Source: Candidatus Hydrothermarchaeum profundi
Lineage (GTDB): Archaea; Hydrothermarchaeota; Hydrothermarchaeia; Hydrothermarchaeales; Hydrothermarchaeaceae
Length of the DNA: 64,000 bases
Direction of reading: 5' to 3'
Assembly (NCBI GenBank): GCA_002011125.2
Contig: MTMF02000009.1
Location: forward strand, 460,006 to 524,005
Both the position numbers and the translations under genes were made by a program. Positions 41,276-57,168 of the stretch are shown here, one piece after another. The stretch's first letter is position 1; each line of letters opens with the position of its first letter. Under the pieces are notes generated by a model that worked only from the letters and a program-made list of their open reading frames with translations, had not been told where the DNA came from and did no database searches.

Positions 41276-41785
41276 TTAAATATCTTCTATTTTCCGGATA
41301 GCTTCTTCTATTATCTTTGGTTCGATCCAGTATTCCTCGGGCTTTTCTATAAATTTCTCTAGTAATGCTACAGCATCTCTTCTGTCAATTACTCCTCTTT
41401 TTGTTGCCTCAAATATAATCCCAATGGTACCTTTGACCTGTAATCCTTCATTTTTTGCGGCGTCTCTACCTTCCCCTTCGTTCATGAGGACAAGAGAAGC
41501 TCCAACTTCTCTTGCCAACTGGATGGAATCGGCCTCCCCCTTGTGAATGCGATACTTTTTAATCAAGTGTTCAGAAGAGGATTCAGGATTTTTAATGTAG
41601 ATGCTCTTGTCTATGTAATTCTGGATGAGTTCTGCATCTTCTTTTTCTAGGAGAGTTCCCTCTTCAACAACCTCTCTATAAACCTCACTTGTAATCGCCA
41701 CTTTTTTATACAATGAGAAAAGGACATCCAAGCGACCTATTTTAGCGAGGTGAATTAGAGGCGTAGAATCGCTCACCACGATCAT
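41276..41785 (-). CDS. PIN-domain toxin (DUF3368/VapC-like)
   Basis: MIVVSDSTPLIHLAKIGRLD.L; EV..E; IH.GEA.SI.LA; GT.G. Confidence 0.9.
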   Translation of the reverse strand: MIVVSDSTPLIHLAKIGRLDVLFSLYKKVAITSEVYREVVEEGTLLEKEDAELIQNYIDKSIYIKNPESSSEHLIKKYRIHKGEADSIQLAREVGASLVLMNEGEGRDAAKNEGLQVKGTIGIIFEATKRGVIDRRDAVALLEKFIEKPEEYWIEPKIIEEAIRKIEDI

Positions 41786-42087
41786 GTAGTGTCCTCGGCG
41801 AGTTCTTCTTTACCGTAGTGGATATACACTCCTCTTTTTCCAAGCTCCTCTAACGTCTCCCGTAGGGTGAGGCCCATAATATCTGCAGCTTCGCGCATAG
41901 TTATTTTGCCCTCTCTGTATAATTCTGCCACTTCATCTATGGACTCTTTTTTGCTGTACTCTCTAAGTATTCTCCTTATTCCGTCCCTTATAACTTCTGA
42001 AAGATTAGAATAGTGTTTGCCTATTAGATATTTCTCTACGTCTTTTTCCAATTCTCTGGGTATAGTTATAGTTTTTTTCACATACAT
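41782..42087 (-). CDS. RHH plus UPF0175-like antitoxin
   Basis: KKTITIP...YSN.SEVIRDGIR (RHH); LYREGKIT.REAA...GL.......L..RGV...Y..EEL.ED. ATGA overlap with the PIN gene. Confidence 0.85.
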   Translation of the reverse strand: MYVKKTITIPRELEKDVEKYLIGKHYSNLSEVIRDGIRRILREYSKKESIDEVAELYREGKITMREAADIMGLTLRETLEELGKRGVYIHYGKEELAEDTT

Positions 42088-42209
42088 ATTTAATACCTCT
42101 TTTATGCGTATTGAATATTTAACGATATTAATTTTTTATCAACAACTCAACCAAGCTAATAAAATAGTTTTAGGCGTTTTTAGTTAGTAGTTTTAATTGT
42201 ATGTTTTCT

Positions 42210-42343
42210 AGTTAAAACCTAAGCTTTTATCTAGTCGCTGGGACTGCTAAAATCTTCTACTCTGGCGTAATTTTTACCTATTTTTTGAAAATAGTTAGGG
42301 GTTTTCTTGCTCGATGTATCGTATTTTTTCTATTTCACTTCTA
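42210..42343 (+). repeat. att-like junction 2 (degenerate)
   Basis: AGTTAAAA-N18-CGCTGGG-ACTGCTAAAATCTTC...GGCGTAATTTTTACCTATTT. Confidence 0.7.
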
Positions 42344-42422
42344 TTTAACCAAATCTCCTCTTTAGAGTAGAACAAGCTGAAGCAAACCGGCTGATAGTTT
42401 TTTATTCTAGTTTGTTTTTTGG

Positions 42423-42899
42423 CTACTTAGTAAAATAGGATGTCAATATCTCTATAAATTTCTCTGGATCCCTAGTAGTTAATACAAGAGCCCTGAACAC
42501 TCCGTTCTTTTTCTCAATTTCTACGGCAGGCTTATGCATACTCACATAAGCTAACCTTCTTCTCCAAATTCTAAGACCCCAACCTACATACCAAGGGATC
42601 TTTTCAATTACCCGGACTTTTTTGATTTCATTAAATGAGATCCTATAAGTAAAAGGGGGCATTATGGCTTCTACACCCTTAGATGTTATTCTAAACCGCA
42701 TATTAAAAAAGGACCAATACGCTACTACAAGAATAGTGCTTACGGCCGCAAGGAGAGTAGGAGGGGCATCTGACATTTTATAAATACCTACAAGAGAGAA
42801 TAATGTCGCGACGATCAAAAACAGAACAGAGCATAGAAAGATCGCTCTTATTCTAAAGGAATATGGTGCACTCTCTTCGTACATAATCGCGGACATCAT
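42423..42899 (-). CDS. Membrane protein with 2 TM helices and a bacterial PH-like domain
   Basis: Two TM helices, then I.F.EI..V; GWG.R; V.I; L..T.DPE.F. Confidence 0.7.
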   Translation of the reverse strand: MMSAIMYEESAPYSFRIRAIFLCSVLFLIVATLFSLVGIYKMSDAPPTLLAAVSTILVVAYWSFFNMRFRITSKGVEAIMPPFTYRISFNEIKKVRVIEKIPWYVGWGLRIWRRRLAYVSMHKPAVEIEKKNGVFRALVLTTRDPEKFIEILTSYFTK

Positions 42900-43045
42900 T
42901 TTTTTAGATATTTATAACTTGGCATTATAACTGGCCACAATATCCCCTCCGATTTCTATGAATCTTTTTGTTAATGTATTTTAAGCCGTTAACATTATAT
43001 CAATTTACCAGCCATTACTAATACTAGGACTGAAATAAAGCGTTA

Positions 43046-43060
43046 CGAAAAGTTTATATA
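43046..43060 (+). promoter_or_regulatory. Strong BRE-TATA promoter of the 5S/tRNA unit
   Basis: CGAAAAGTTTATATA about 30 nt upstream of the 5S gene. Confidence 0.8.
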
Positions 43061-43091
43061 TAGATATAATAATGTCATGGTTACCATACAT

Positions 43092-43218
43092 TGGGTATGG
43101 CGGCCATAGCGGAGGGGCCACACCCGTTCCCATCCGAACACGGAAGTAAAGTCCTCCAGCGATCCTGGCGGTACTATGGTGCGCGAGCCCATGGGAAACC
43201 AGGGACGCCGCCAGCCCA
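43092..43218 (+). rRNA. rrf: 5S rRNA (not linked to 16S/23S in this window)
   Basis: GGCGGCCATAGCGG...CACCCGTTCCCATCCGAACACGGAAGTAAAG...GGTACT...GCGAG...GGGAAA...GCCGCC with terminal helix. Confidence 0.96.
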
Positions 43219-43271
43219 CTTAAAATCACCCAAGAGAGTGATCAAAATAGTTTGTGATAGGTATCTAGATA

Positions 43272-43346
43272 GCCCTGGTAGTGTAGCGTGGCCTATCATA
43301 CGGGACTGTCACTCCCGTGACTCGGGTTCAAATCCCGACCAGGGCG
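43272..43346 (+). tRNA. tRNA-Asp (GTC)
   Basis: GCCCTGG/CCAGGGC; CGGGA-CT-GTC-AC-TCCCG; GGTTCAAATCC. Confidence 0.97.
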
Positions 43347-43394
43347 CCTCCCAAAAGGAGTATGAAGGGGACGCGAAAATGAGGCAGAGCAAAT

Positions 43395-43508
43395 GGGCCC
43401 GTAGCTCAGTCTGGCTAGAGCACCGGCCTTTTAACAGTCCTTTTCACTGCGTTACTGGAAGGGTTGAAAGAAAGCCGGGTGTCGCGGGTTCAAATCCCGT
43501 CGGGCCCG
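43395..43508 (+). tRNA. tRNA-Lys (TTT) with 39-nt intron at 37/38 (43434-43472)
   Basis: GGGCCCG/CGGGCCC; CCGGC-CT-TTT-A; BHB with CTTT:AAAG helix and 3-nt bulges TAA and AAA. Confidence 0.95.
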
Positions 43509-43534
43509 CTAGCTAAATAAAGGGGGATGAGAAA

Positions 43535-43774
43535 ATAGTAAAGGTAGATATATCGAAACATGAGTTGGTTCCAAAACATGAAATACTTCCAAAGGAGGAG
43601 GTTGAGAGGGTATTAGAAAAATATAATATTACAAAAGGTCAGATTCCTAAAATATTGGAATCTGATCCGATGGTGAAAAAAATCAAGGCGAAGCCAGGGG
43701 ACGTTATAAAGATAACTAGAAAAAGCAAGACCGCTGGGGAGAGCATTTATTACAGGGTAGTGGTTTCTGATTGA
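43535..43774 (+). CDS. rpoH: RNA polymerase subunit H (Rpo5)
   Basis: [14 protein letters not shown]...LEKY....QIPKI..SDP....GDVIKI.RKS.TAG...YYR.V. Conserved N-terminus lies upstream of the TTG at 43565; ATA at 43535 is the proposed start. Confidence 0.95.
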   Translation: MVKVDISKHELVPKHEILPKEEVERVLEKYNITKGQIPKILESDPMVKKIKAKPGDVIKITRKSKTAGESIYYRVVVSD

Positions 43775-43783
43775 GGTGATAGA

Positions 43784-45268
43784 GTGATCGATACTAAACC
43801 GGTTATGCGTGCGTTTCTTAAGAAACGTGAGCTCGTTAGGCAACATATAGATTCTTTCAATGATTTCGTTGAAAACAGGCTACAGCAGATCGTTGATGAA
43901 ACTAAAGAAATTGAGACCGATGTAGGAGTAACTGTTCGCTTTGGTAAAATCGAAGTGGAAAAAGCTGAGGTTATAGAAGCTGATGGAGCGAGGAATAGAA
44001 TAAAACCGTTTGAAGCTCGGCTGAGAAATTTGAGCTATTTTTCTCCGATTTATCTGGAAATGACTCCAATTAAAGATGATCAGGAAGGGGAGACAGAGAG
44101 AGTCAAAATAGGAATGCTGCCGACCATGATTAAATCAAAAATATGTAACTTGTATGGCTTGACGAGGGAGGAGCTTATTGAAGCGGGTGAAGACCCATTA
44201 GATCCTGGCGGTTATTTCATTGTTAACGGCTCTGAGAGGGCTTTAGTTACAATAGAAGATCTCGCTCCTAATAAAATAATGCTTGAAAGAACAGAGAAAT
44301 ATAACCGAATAACTGAAGTAGCCAAAGTATTTTCTAAGAGAGGGGGATTTAGAGCCTTAGTTACCGTTGAAAGGGATAAAGAGGGAATGATTGGTGTTTC
44401 ATTTCCTTCAGTGCCCGGGAATATTCCTTTTGTCATACTTATGAGAGCATTGGGGGTGGAAACAGATCAGGGCATAGTAAATACGATTTCCGATGATCCT
44501 GAGATAATTCAGACAATATTAGAGAATCTGGAAGAGTTTCTTGAGGTAAAAAGCTCGGCTGATGCTATGGAAATAATTGGAAAGAAAGTCGCTGCAGGTC
44601 AGACTAGAGACTACAGGCTTAAGAGAGCTGAGCAGGTTATAGATAGATATCTGCTCCCGCACATAGGAGTTGAACCTGAAGACAGAATAAGGAAAGCATA
44701 TTATCTTGGCAGAATGGTATTAAGGGTATTAGAACTTGCTCTTGGAAGGAGAGAGCCTGATGATAAAGATCACTATGCTAATAAGAGGCTTCGTTTAGCA
44801 GGGGACCTGATGGAGGACCTTTTCAGAGTGGCGTTTTATAATCTTACTAGAGATATAAAATACCAGCTGGAAAGAGCAGTTGTCCGCGGTAAAGAGCCCT
44901 CTGTGCAAACCGCTGTGCGTGCTGATGTTCTTACCGAGAGGATACGCCATGCTCTCGCTACTGGCAATTGGGTCGGAGGTAGGGCGGGAGTTAGTCAGTT
45001 GCTTGATAGGACAAATTACATATCGGTATTATCTCATCTGAGAAGGGCGGTTTCACCTTTAAGCCGGTCTCAACCGCATTTCGAAGCTAGGGATCTTCAT
45101 CCGACTCAATGGGGTAAGATTTGTCCAAGTGAAACTCCAGAAGGCCCTAACTGTGGTCTGGTTAAAAATCTAGCTTTAGCATGTGAGTTCTCTACGGGTT
45201 ATGATGAAACATTACTTTTACCGAAGTTATACGAATTAGGGGTTAAGAAGATTCAGAAGACAGGGTGA
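43784..45268 (+). CDS. rpoB2: RNA polymerase subunit B'' (Rpo2N)
   Basis: QHIDSFN; [13 protein letters not shown]; [10 protein letters not shown]; GVSQLLDR; [14 protein letters not shown]. Confidence 0.97.
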   Translation: MIDTKPVMRAFLKKRELVRQHIDSFNDFVENRLQQIVDETKEIETDVGVTVRFGKIEVEKAEVIEADGARNRIKPFEARLRNLSYFSPIYLEMTPIKDDQEGETERVKIGMLPTMIKSKICNLYGLTREELIEAGEDPLDPGGYFIVNGSERALVTIEDLAPNKIMLERTEKYNRITEVAKVFSKRGGFRALVTVERDKEGMIGVSFPSVPGNIPFVILMRALGVETDQGIVNTISDDPEIIQTILENLEEFLEVKSSADAMEIIGKKVAAGQTRDYRLKRAEQVIDRYLLPHIGVEPEDRIRKAYYLGRMVLRVLELALGRREPDDKDHYANKRLRLAGDLMEDLFRVAFYNLTRDIKYQLERAVVRGKEPSVQTAVRADVLTERIRHALATGNWVGGRAGVSQLLDRTNYISVLSHLRRAVSPLSRSQPHFEARDLHPTQWGKICPSETPEGPNCGLVKNLALACEFSTGYDETLLLPKLYELGVKKIQKTG

Positions 45269-47085
45269 AAAAAATGGAAGCTAATATATATGTTAATGGC
45301 AACCTCATAGGCACTCATTCAAATCCTTTAGAGTTTGTTAAGGAGTTAAAAGAGCTCAGAAGGAAGGGAAAAATCTCCGGGCAGACCAACATAGCTTATT
45401 TTGAGGATACCAATGAGGTAGTAATTAATACGGATGCCGGTAGGGCTAGGAGGCCTCTTATAGTCGTAGAGAATGGGGTACCTAAGCTTAAGGAATCCCA
45501 TGTAGAGGCACTAAAGAAAGGGGAAATGGATTGGGATGACCTGGTATCTAAAGGAATTGTTGAGTATTTGGACTCAGAAGAAGAGGAAAACGCCTATATA
45601 GCGGTTAAGGCCGAAGAGCTTACGCCTGAGCATACTCACCTGGAGATTGATCCTCTTTTCATGCTTGGCATTTGTACGGCTATTCTCCCCTTTCCCGAGT
45701 ACAACTCTTCTCCCAGGAACACTATGGGTGCAGGTATGTCAAAACAGGCCTTAGGCTTTTACTCTTCAAATTATAAGTATAGGGTTGATACGAGAGGACA
45801 TCTACTTCATTATCCACAGAAGTCTCTTGTTCAAACTGAGGTGATGGATAGTATTGGTTACAATAATAGAGCTAGTGGTCAGAATTTTGTAGTTGCTGTG
45901 CTATCCTACGCCGGGTATAATATGGAAGATGCCTTGGTACTCAATAAAGCCTCGATAGAGCGTGGATTAGGCAGGTCAACATTCTTTAGAGCATATGAGG
46001 CTGAGGAAAGGCGTTATCCTGGAGGACAACTCGACAAGTTTGAGTTGCCAGATGAAGAAATAAGAGGCTATCGTTCTGAAGAAGATTATGCTCATCTGGG
46101 AGAGGATGGTCTAGTAGAACTTGAGGCTGATGTTAATTCTGGGCAGGTATTAATAGGAAAGACGTCACCTCCTAGATTTTTAGAGGAGATAAGTGAGTTT
46201 GGAATAGCACGTGAAAAAAGAAGAGAGACGTCTGTAACCGTTAGACATGGGGAGACAGGTACAGTTGACTTTGTAATGCTAACTGAAAATGTAGGTGGGA
46301 ATAGACTCGCAAAAGTTAGGGTTAGAGATCAGAGAATACCTGAGCTGGGCGATAAATTTGCTTCTAGACATGGGCAAAAGGGCGTGATAGGTGCTATAGT
46401 TCCACAGGAGGATCTTCCTTTTACGGAGGAGGGAATTATTCCTGACCTTATAATTAATCCGCATGCCATACCCTCTAGGATGACGGTGGGTCAGGTTCTA
46501 GAGATGATCGGAGGCAAGGTCGCTTCCTTAGAGGGGAAGAATACGGATGGAACAGCGTTTTCAGGGAATACTGAGGAAGAGCTAAGAAGGGCTCTTAAAG
46601 AGAATGGCTATAAGTCGACCGGCAGAGAAGTCATGTATAATGGGATGACTGGAGAGAAAATAGAAGCAGAGGTTTTCATAGGGGTTGCGTATTATCAGAA
46701 ACTTCATCATATGGTTGCAGGTAAGATTCACGCAAGATCAAGAGGCCCTGTGCAGGTATTGACTAGGCAACCTACGGAAGGAAGAGCCCGAGAGGGTGGC
46801 TTGAGGTTTGGTGAGATGGAGAGAGACTGTCTTATAGGCTATGGTGCAGCCTTGTTACTCAAAGAGAGACTATTAGATGAATCTGATCGATATGTGATGA
46901 ACGTTTGCGAGAAATGTGGTTCAATAGCAGTCCATGATAAAATTAGAGATACTATCTACTGCTCTATTTGTGGAAGAGATATTGATGCGGCTGAAGTAGA
47001 AGTAAGCTATGCATTTAAATTACTCCTAGATGAGTTGAAATCGCTAGGAATAAATCCTAAGCTTATTTTGGGTGAAAAGGCATAA
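45265..47085 (+). CDS. rpoB1: RNA polymerase subunit B' (Rpo2C)
   Basis: GYNMEDA; [12 protein letters not shown]; [10 protein letters not shown]; [21 protein letters not shown]. Confidence 0.98.
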   Translation: MKKMEANIYVNGNLIGTHSNPLEFVKELKELRRKGKISGQTNIAYFEDTNEVVINTDAGRARRPLIVVENGVPKLKESHVEALKKGEMDWDDLVSKGIVEYLDSEEEENAYIAVKAEELTPEHTHLEIDPLFMLGICTAILPFPEYNSSPRNTMGAGMSKQALGFYSSNYKYRVDTRGHLLHYPQKSLVQTEVMDSIGYNNRASGQNFVVAVLSYAGYNMEDALVLNKASIERGLGRSTFFRAYEAEERRYPGGQLDKFELPDEEIRGYRSEEDYAHLGEDGLVELEADVNSGQVLIGKTSPPRFLEEISEFGIAREKRRETSVTVRHGETGTVDFVMLTENVGGNRLAKVRVRDQRIPELGDKFASRHGQKGVIGAIVPQEDLPFTEEGIIPDLIINPHAIPSRMTVGQVLEMIGGKVASLEGKNTDGTAFSGNTEEELRRALKENGYKSTGREVMYNGMTGEKIEAEVFIGVAYYQKLHHMVAGKIHARSRGPVQVLTRQPTEGRAREGGLRFGEMERDCLIGYGAALLLKERLLDESDRYVMNVCEKCGSIAVHDKIRDTIYCSICGRDIDAAEVEVSYAFKLLLDELKSLGINPKLILGEKA

Positions 47086-47095
47086 GGTGGTATGA

Positions 47096-50920
<3,825 letters not shown>

Positions 50921-50921
<1 letters not shown>

Positions 50922-51223
50922 TGGTTAATGTTGACAGAGCAATACGAGTTGCGGTAGACACAGGAGATGTATTAATGGGTGAGAGGGAGACTCTTAAGGC
51001 AGTAAAGAACGGGGAATGCAAGCTGGTAATAGTTGCTTCTAATTGCCCTTCTAATCTAAGAGAAGATTTAGAGAGGTTTGCAAAGATTTCTGGTGTACAA
51101 ATCTACGAATATAAGGGTTCTAGCCTTGACTTAGGTGCTGTATGCGGCAGGCCTCATGTTATATCAATGCTTGGAGTTAAAGAAGCAGGCGATTCAGATA
51201 TTTTTGAACTTGGTAGGAGGTAA
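50921..51223 (+). CDS. rpl30e: 50S ribosomal protein L30e
   Basis: AVDTG.V..G; A.NCP; LG.VCG.P; GDS.I. Confidence 0.96.
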
Positions 51224-51227
51224 TCTC

Positions 51228-51647
51228 TTGAAGTCGCTCAAGCTATCTTCTGAGGATATACGATATATTGCCCTCTTTGAGAATCTAACTGGAGCAGTTA
51301 CAAAGGACTGCATTCCAGATGACAACGAGAACAAGATCACTTTCATCGTAAGAAAAGGAGACATGGGCTTAGCCATTGGAAAAAAAGGGACAAATATCCA
51401 GAAAGTAAAGCAAACCTTAGGAAAAAAAGTTGAGGTCATTGAGCATTCCGATGATCCCAAAGAGTTTCTGAGGAATCTCTTCTCTCCCTATAGGGTTAAA
51501 AAAGTAAATATAACAGAAAAAGTTGCCCACGTTGAAATCGATGAACGTGACAAAGCCATGGCGATTGGTAGAAAGGGAAAAAATTTAGAAAAGATAAAGT
51601 TATTAGCAAAAAGACATCATGATGTTCATGATATAATAGTAATTTGA
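51228..51647 (+). CDS. nusA: Archaeal NusA (two KH domains)
   Basis: IRYI.LFE..TGA...DC; [10 protein letters not shown]; AIGRKG.N. TTG start after GGAGG (track start 51135). Confidence 0.95.
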   Translation: MKSLKLSSEDIRYIALFENLTGAVTKDCIPDDNENKITFIVRKGDMGLAIGKKGTNIQKVKQTLGKKVEVIEHSDDPKEFLRNLFSPYRVKKVNITEKVAHVEIDERDKAMAIGRKGKNLEKIKLLAKRHHDVHDIIVI

Positions 51648-51657
51648 GGTGCAAGTG

Positions 51658-52095
51658 ATGGCCAAAAAAACTACAGGAGAATTTGCAGGTAGGAAGCTAA
51701 AACTCCGTAGGAAGACGTTTAGATGGAACGATCCAAAATATAAAAAGAGAGTTCTAAAACTAAAGGAAAAGTCAAATCCTCTAGAAGGAGCTCCTATGGC
51801 GAGGGGAATCGTACTCGAGAAGGTGGGTATAGAAGCTAAACAACCAAATTCAGCAATAAGAAAATGTGTCCGAGTACAGCTCATAAAAAGCGGCAGACAG
51901 GTCACCGCATTCACGCCTGGAAACAGGGCAATAGATTTTATCGACGAGCATGATGAAGTAATTATTGATGGAATAGGCGGTAGAAAAGGAGGTAGTATGG
52001 GAGACATCCCTGGAGTAAGATTTAAGGTTATAGCGGTTAACAATGTTAGTCTTAAGGAACTTGTAAGGGGGAGAAAAGAGAAACCCATAAGGTGA
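51658..52095 (+). CDS. rps12: 30S ribosomal protein S12 (uS12)
   Basis: [22 protein letters not shown]; [10 protein letters not shown]. Confidence 0.98.
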   Translation: MAKKTTGEFAGRKLKLRRKTFRWNDPKYKKRVLKLKEKSNPLEGAPMARGIVLEKVGIEAKQPNSAIRKCVRVQLIKSGRQVTAFTPGNRAIDFIDEHDEVIIDGIGGRKGGSMGDIPGVRFKVIAVNNVSLKELVRGRKEKPIR

Positions 52096-52691
52096 TGGGA
52101 TTGAAGATATTTGGTATATGGGATACTAGCGGTGTAGAGGTCAGAGATCCGGGTTTAAAATCGTATATTAATTTGAAGCCGTATTATGTTCCTCACAGTG
52201 GAGGAAGACATGCAAAAAAACCGTTTGGTAAATCTGAAATTAATATAGTTGAAAGACTTATTAATAGGATAGCAGTTACGGGGCATGAGGGTAAAAAACA
52301 TAAAAGGACTAGCGGGAGGAATACCGGAAAGAAAATCCTTCATAGTAGAATTGTCAAAGAGGCCTTTGAGATTATAGAAAAAAGAACAAAGAAAAACCCA
52401 ATCCAGGTGCTAGTAGATGCGTTAGCTAATGCTGCGCCTAGGGAAGATACAACTCGGATTAGATATGGAGGTATAGTATATCACCAGAGTGTTGATATAT
52501 CGCCGCAGAGGAGATTGGATCTCGCATTGAGATATATAACTGTAGGTGCAGCTAAATCCGCTTTTAGAACCAAGAAATCAATAGCTGCTGCCCTCGCAGA
52601 CGAAATAATAGCGGCAGCAAACTATGATATGAAATGCTACTCAATATCTAAGAAGGAAGAGCTGGAAAGGATAGCCAAAGCTGCAAGGTGA
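52092..52691 (+). CDS. rps7: 30S ribosomal protein S7 (uS7)
   Basis: D.GL..YI; IVERLIN; NPIQVLV.A..NAAPRE; VD.SPQRR.D.AL; ER.AKAAR. Confidence 0.98.
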   Translation: MMGLKIFGIWDTSGVEVRDPGLKSYINLKPYYVPHSGGRHAKKPFGKSEINIVERLINRIAVTGHEGKKHKRTSGRNTGKKILHSRIVKEAFEIIEKRTKKNPIQVLVDALANAAPREDTTRIRYGGIVYHQSVDISPQRRLDLALRYITVGAAKSAFRTKKSIAAALADEIIAAANYDMKCYSISKKEELERIAKAAR

Positions 52692-52696
52692 TAACT

Positions 52697-54856
52697 ATGG
52701 GTAGAAGAGAAGAGATGATCAAAAAAATCGAGAAGCTCATGAATGAGAGAGATAGAATCAGAAATATGGGTATAGTGGCTCACATAGATCATGGGAAAAC
52801 TACTTTAAGTGATCATCTTCTCGCAGGGGCCGGCATGATTTCTACCGAACTTGCAGGTCAACAGCTCTATCTAGATTCTGACATATTAGAGCAGACTAGG
52901 GGTATAACAATTGATGCAGCAAATTGTTCAATGGTCCACGAATATAAGGGAGAGTCGTATCTTATTAACATGATAGACACCCCAGGGCATGTTGACTTCG
53001 GGGGGGACGTCACGAGGGCTATGAGGGCGGTAGATGGAGTTATAGTTGTAGTTGATGCGGTAGAAGGAACCATGCCACAAACTGAAACTGTTTTGAGGCA
53101 AGCGTTGAAAGAGAGGGTGAAACCTATTCTGTTTATAAATAAGGTTGATAGACTCATCAACGAGTTAAAGCTAACGCCTGAAGAAATGCAACGTCGATTC
53201 ATCATGATAATAACAGAATTCAATAAAATAGTTAGGGACATGGCACCTCCAGAGTTTAAAGATAAGTGGCAAGTAAAAGTTGAAGATGGAAGCGTCTCCT
53301 TCGGTTCAGCGTATCACAGGTGGGCTATAAATGTTCCTTTGATGAAAGAGAGTGGGCTGACCTTCAAGGATATTATAGAATATAATGAGAAAGGTAATCA
53401 CAAGGAGCTTCGGTTAAAGGCCAAGATTCATGAGGTTATACTGGATATGGTAACGAAACACCTGCCCAGTCCAGTTGAAGCGCAGAAATATAGAATACCT
53501 AACATTTGGCCTGGCGACATAAATAGTCCTGAGGGACAAGCTATGTTGAATTGTGACCCGGATGGTAAGCTGGCTATAATGATTACAGATCTAACAGTAG
53601 ACCCTCAGGCAGGTGAGGTAGCTACGGGGAGAATTTTCTCAGGAACTTTAAAGAAGAGTCAAGAGGTATATCTGCACAACTTAAAAACTAAGGCTAGGGC
53701 TCAGCAGGTTGGCGTATATTTTGGCCCTGAAAGGATGCCGACGGCCTATGTTAAAGCAGGCAACATCGCTATGATTACTGGACTTAAAAATGTGCAGGCA
53801 GGTGAAACGGTATCTGAAGGAGAAGGATTATCTGAGCCTTTCGAGGAGATAAAGCATGTATCTGATCCGGTTATAACCGTGGCAGTGGAAGCGAAGAATA
53901 CAAAGGACCTACCTAAGCTAATAGAAATACTGAATGTTACTGCAAGAGAGGATCCTACAATAAGGGTTGAGATTAACGAAGAGACAGGAGAGCATCTGCT
54001 CTCAGGCATGGGTGAATTGCATCTTGAAGTTCTTACATATAGGATTAGAGAAAAAGGCGTTGACATAGAAGTATCCCCTCCAATAGTGGTATACCGTGAA
54101 TCAGTGCAAAAAATCTCTCCAGTAATAGAGGGGAAATCTCCTAATAAGCATAATAAATTCTATCTTCAGGTAGAACCTCTTGAGCCTGAAGTGCTCCAGG
54201 CTTTAGTATCAAAAGAAATAAAATATGATAGACTTAAGGGCAAAGAGCTAGCGGATGCTTTTATGAAACATGGTATGAACAAAGCTGAGGCTAAAGGCGT
54301 TATAGATGTCTATGAGAACAATGTTTTAGTTGATGTTACTAGGGGTATACAATATCTTAACGAAGTCATATCGCTAGTGCAAGAAGGCTTCCGTGAAGCT
54401 ATGGAAGATGGGCCTCTCGCAAAAGAAAAATGCTTAGGTGTTAAGGTTAAGCTAACGGACGCAAAGTTGCATGAGGACTCTATTCACCGCGGCCCCGCCC
54501 AAGTGATTCCAGCGGTTAGGGACGCTATACGGCAAGCCATGCTTCAGGCGGGAGCGCTTTTATTAGAACCAAAGCAAAAGGTATTTATCCATGTGCCGCA
54601 GGATTATATGGGAGCAGCTACTAGGGAGATCCAGAGTAGAAGAGGCCAGATCCTTGACATCCGGCAGGAGGACGGGCTTGTAGTAATGGAATCTAAGTGC
54701 CCTGTGTCAGAGATGTTTGGATTTGCTGGGGATATCAGGTCTGCCACGGAGGGCAGAGCTCTTTGGTCAACTGAGCTGGTTGGATTTGAAAAATTGCCGG
54801 CCGAGCTTCAAGACCAGGTTATAAGTGAAATAAGAAAGAGGAAAGGTTTAAATTAA
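52697..54856 (+). CDS. fusA: Elongation factor 2
   Basis: AHIDHGKTT; RGITI; DTPGHVDF; NKVD; LHED.IHRGPAQ (diphthamide His). Track start 52688. Confidence 0.98.
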   Translation: MGRREEMIKKIEKLMNERDRIRNMGIVAHIDHGKTTLSDHLLAGAGMISTELAGQQLYLDSDILEQTRGITIDAANCSMVHEYKGESYLINMIDTPGHVDFGGDVTRAMRAVDGVIVVVDAVEGTMPQTETVLRQALKERVKPILFINKVDRLINELKLTPEEMQRRFIMIITEFNKIVRDMAPPEFKDKWQVKVEDGSVSFGSAYHRWAINVPLMKESGLTFKDIIEYNEKGNHKELRLKAKIHEVILDMVTKHLPSPVEAQKYRIPNIWPGDINSPEGQAMLNCDPDGKLAIMITDLTVDPQAGEVATGRIFSGTLKKSQEVYLHNLKTKARAQQVGVYFGPERMPTAYVKAGNIAMITGLKNVQAGETVSEGEGLSEPFEEIKHVSDPVITVAVEAKNTKDLPKLIEILNVTAREDPTIRVEINEETGEHLLSGMGELHLEVLTYRIREKGVDIEVSPPIVVYRESVQKISPVIEGKSPNKHNKFYLQVEPLEPEVLQALVSKEIKYDRLKGKELADAFMKHGMNKAEAKGVIDVYENNVLVDVTRGIQYLNEVISLVQEGFREAMEDGPLAKEKCLGVKVKLTDAKLHEDSIHRGPAQVIPAVRDAIRQAMLQAGALLLEPKQKVFIHVPQDYMGAATREIQSRRGQILDIRQEDGLVVMESKCPVSEMFGFAGDIRSATEGRALWSTELVGFEKLPAELQDQVISEIRKRKGLN

Positions 54857-54901
54857 CAAAAAATAAGTTCATTTGCAAGAAAGATAAATAGGAGGTATAA
54901 T

Positions 54902-56188
54902 ATGGCTGAGAAACCACATCTAAACTTGGTATTTATTGGACATGTAGATCACGGCAAGTCCACCGCCGTGGGCAGGCTTCTCTTTGAGTTAAAGGCAGTT
55001 GGAGAGCATGTATTGAGACAATATAAAGAAGAAGCCGAGAAGATAGGGAAGGCTACCTTTGAGTTTGCATGGGTGATGGACAGACTAAAGGAAGAAAGGC
55101 AAAGAGGCCTGACTATAGATATATCTCACACTAAGTTGGAAACCGATAAATATTATTTCACCGTTATTGATGCTCCAGGGCATAGAGATTTCGTTAAAAA
55201 CATGATTACTGGAGCTAGCCAGGCAGATGCCGCAGTACTGGTAGTTGACGTGGCACAGAAAGATGAAAAAGGCGGACTAATGCCTCAGACTAAAGAGCAC
55301 GTTTTCCTGTCCAGAACCCTTGGTATAGGGCAGATAATTGCAGCGATTAACAAGATGGACACAGTAAATTACGACCAAAAGAAATTCGAGGAAACAAAAG
55401 CACAGCTTGAGAAGCTTTTCCAGATAGTAGGCTATAAGTCTGATCAAATAATTTATCTGCCAATGTCTGCTCTGAAAGGCGATAATGTAACTACTAAGAG
55501 CGATAAGATGCCGTGGTGGGATGGTCCAACTCTCAAGGAAGCTATCGATATGCTTAAGGTGCCTGAGAAACCCACGCATTTGCCACTTCGCATACCTATC
55601 CAAGATGTCTATTCTATAACGGGCATAGGTACTGTTCCAGTAGGCAGAGTAGAGACAGGCGTACTAAAGGTAGGCGATAAGGTTGTCTTTGAGCCGGCAG
55701 GAGTTACAGGTGAAGTAAAGAGTATAGAAATGCACCACGAGTCTATCCCTAAAGCCGAGCCTGGAGACAATATAGGTTTTAACGTGAGAGGCGTAGGCAA
55801 AAATGATATAAGAAGAGGAGACGTATGCGGACATCCTGATAATCCTCCAACAGTAGCAAAGGAGTTTACCGCCCAGATAGTAGTACTCCAGCATCCAAGC
55901 GCTATAACAGTGGGCTATACGCCTGTGTTCCATTCACACACAGCTCAAGTGGCTTGCAGAATTACAGAGTTGATCAGTAAGCTTGATCCAAGGACAGGCA
56001 ATGTCCTAGAAGAGAATCCGAAATTCTTAAAGACTGGAGATGCAGGGGTTATTAGAGTAGAGCCTACTAGGCCCATGGTAATCGAGAAAGTCAAAGAGAT
56101 ACCCCAGATGGGCCGATTTGCTATTCGGGACATGGGTATGACGGTTGCAGCAGGCATGGTAGTTAACATTACTCCGGCGAAGAAATAA
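54902..56188 (+). CDS. tuf: Elongation factor 1-alpha
   Basis: GHVDHGKST; [20 protein letters not shown]; NKMD; GRFAIRDMG. Confidence 0.98.
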   Translation: MAEKPHLNLVFIGHVDHGKSTAVGRLLFELKAVGEHVLRQYKEEAEKIGKATFEFAWVMDRLKEERQRGLTIDISHTKLETDKYYFTVIDAPGHRDFVKNMITGASQADAAVLVVDVAQKDEKGGLMPQTKEHVFLSRTLGIGQIIAAINKMDTVNYDQKKFEETKAQLEKLFQIVGYKSDQIIYLPMSALKGDNVTTKSDKMPWWDGPTLKEAIDMLKVPEKPTHLPLRIPIQDVYSITGIGTVPVGRVETGVLKVGDKVVFEPAGVTGEVKSIEMHHESIPKAEPGDNIGFNVRGVGKNDIRRGDVCGHPDNPPTVAKEFTAQIVVLQHPSAITVGYTPVFHSHTAQVACRITELISKLDPRTGNVLEENPKFLKTGDAGVIRVEPTRPMVIEKVKEIPQMGRFAIRDMGMTVAAGMVVNITPAKK

Positions 56189-56203
56189 TATAAGGGACGC
56201 AAT

Positions 56204-56512
56204 ATGCAGAAGGCAAGAATAAAGCTCAGTGGAACAGATCATAAGAAGCTAGAAGAGGTCTGTGCTCAGGTTAAAGAGATTGCCAAGAAGACAGGGGTAG
56301 ATATGGCTGGGCCTATACCCCTACCAACCAAGAGGCTGAGAGTACCGGTAAGAAAATCACCATCTGGAGATGGAACGGCCACTTGGGAGAAATGGGAAAT
56401 GAGGATTCACAAGCGCTTGATAGACATTGAGGCGGATGAGAGGACTATGAGGCAGATAATGCGGGTTAAAGTACCTGACGGCGTTAACATCGAAGTTGAG
56501 CTTAGAGCATAA
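56204..56512 (+). CDS. rps10: 30S ribosomal protein S10 (uS10)
   Basis: KARIKL; GPIPLPTK; [20 protein letters not shown]. Confidence 0.98.
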   Translation: MQKARIKLSGTDHKKLEEVCAQVKEIAKKTGVDMAGPIPLPTKRLRVPVRKSPSGDGTATWEKWEMRIHKRLIDIEADERTMRQIMRVKVPDGVNIEVELRA

Positions 56513-56564
56513 TTCTTGCCTTTTAGGAAATTTTTTATTAGGGTATTATATAAGGATGTTTTAT

Positions 56565-56684
56565 GCCGGGGTAGTCTAGACCGGTAAGGCGCAGGCCTGG
56601 AGTTTTATCTAATATATTCTAGTTAGGAAACCAGATAGCCTGTGTTGCTCATGCAACGCGGGAGTTCAAATCTCCCCCCCGGCG
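56565..56684 (+). tRNA. tRNA-Ser (GGA) with 34-nt intron at 37/38 (56603-56636)
   Basis: GCCGGGG/CCCCGGC; CAGGC-CT-GGA-G; BHB helix CTGG:CCAG; long variable arm GTTGC-TCAT-GCAAC; G73. Confidence 0.95.
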
Positions 56685-56822
56685 CTCATTAAAATCCTTC
56701 ATCAAAGCACGATTCATGCTTATTTTCCGCAGATTTACCCTAATTATCTTGTGCTATTTTTTCATTCACCCTTTAATTCACTCTCAGATTTGAACTTGTA
56801 TCTAATTTTCAGATCAGCAGAG

Positions 56823-57107
56823 CTAACCTTTTTCTATCACTCTCTCTATATAGTCCGTTATCTCTTTGCTTAGAGCCGGATTGAGGGATACTGTTTTCCC
56901 ACCCTTATGTAAAAGGAGATAACCGTCCTCCACAAGAACCTTGACGAGCCCTTTAATCCGCTTCCCATTCCTCTTGACTTTTTTGGAAAGCCAGTTAATC
57001 AGGGTGTCTACGGGCAAATACTTCGCTCCCCAACAACCTTTTCTTAACAACCTGTTCATTATGTCGGCTTTTATTTCCGCATCGCTTTTGACTGACATAA
57101 AGTTCAC
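56823..57107 (-). CDS. Small basic protein, probable winged-helix fold
   Basis: L.R...WG.K; LV..GYLL..K....VSLNP pattern; divergent from the wHTH gene. Confidence 0.7.
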   Translation of the reverse strand: MNFMSVKSDAEIKADIMNRLLRKGCWGAKYLPVDTLINWLSKKVKRNGKRIKGLVKVLVEDGYLLLHKGGKTVSLNPALSKEITDYIERVIEKG

Positions 57108-57168
57108 TTATAATACCTTTTAAAGGAAAAATATAAATACTTTTATCCTCCAATTTGTTCTTGAGAAG

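Larger units (their letters stand above)
38662..42343. mobile_element. Tandem stack of small integrated cassettes at the tRNA-Tyr 3' end (no integrase inside)
   Basis: tRNA 3' end CGCCGGGACTACTAAA (38662-38677) repeated exactly at 40962-40977 and degenerately at 42236-42251. Cargo is TA pairs and a lipoprotein. Confidence 0.75.

Noticed and set aside
43005-43516. ORFs 43091-43516 (+) and 43005-43229 (-)
   Set aside because: They overlie the 5S rRNA and tRNA genes; GC-rich RNA genes create spurious ORFs.
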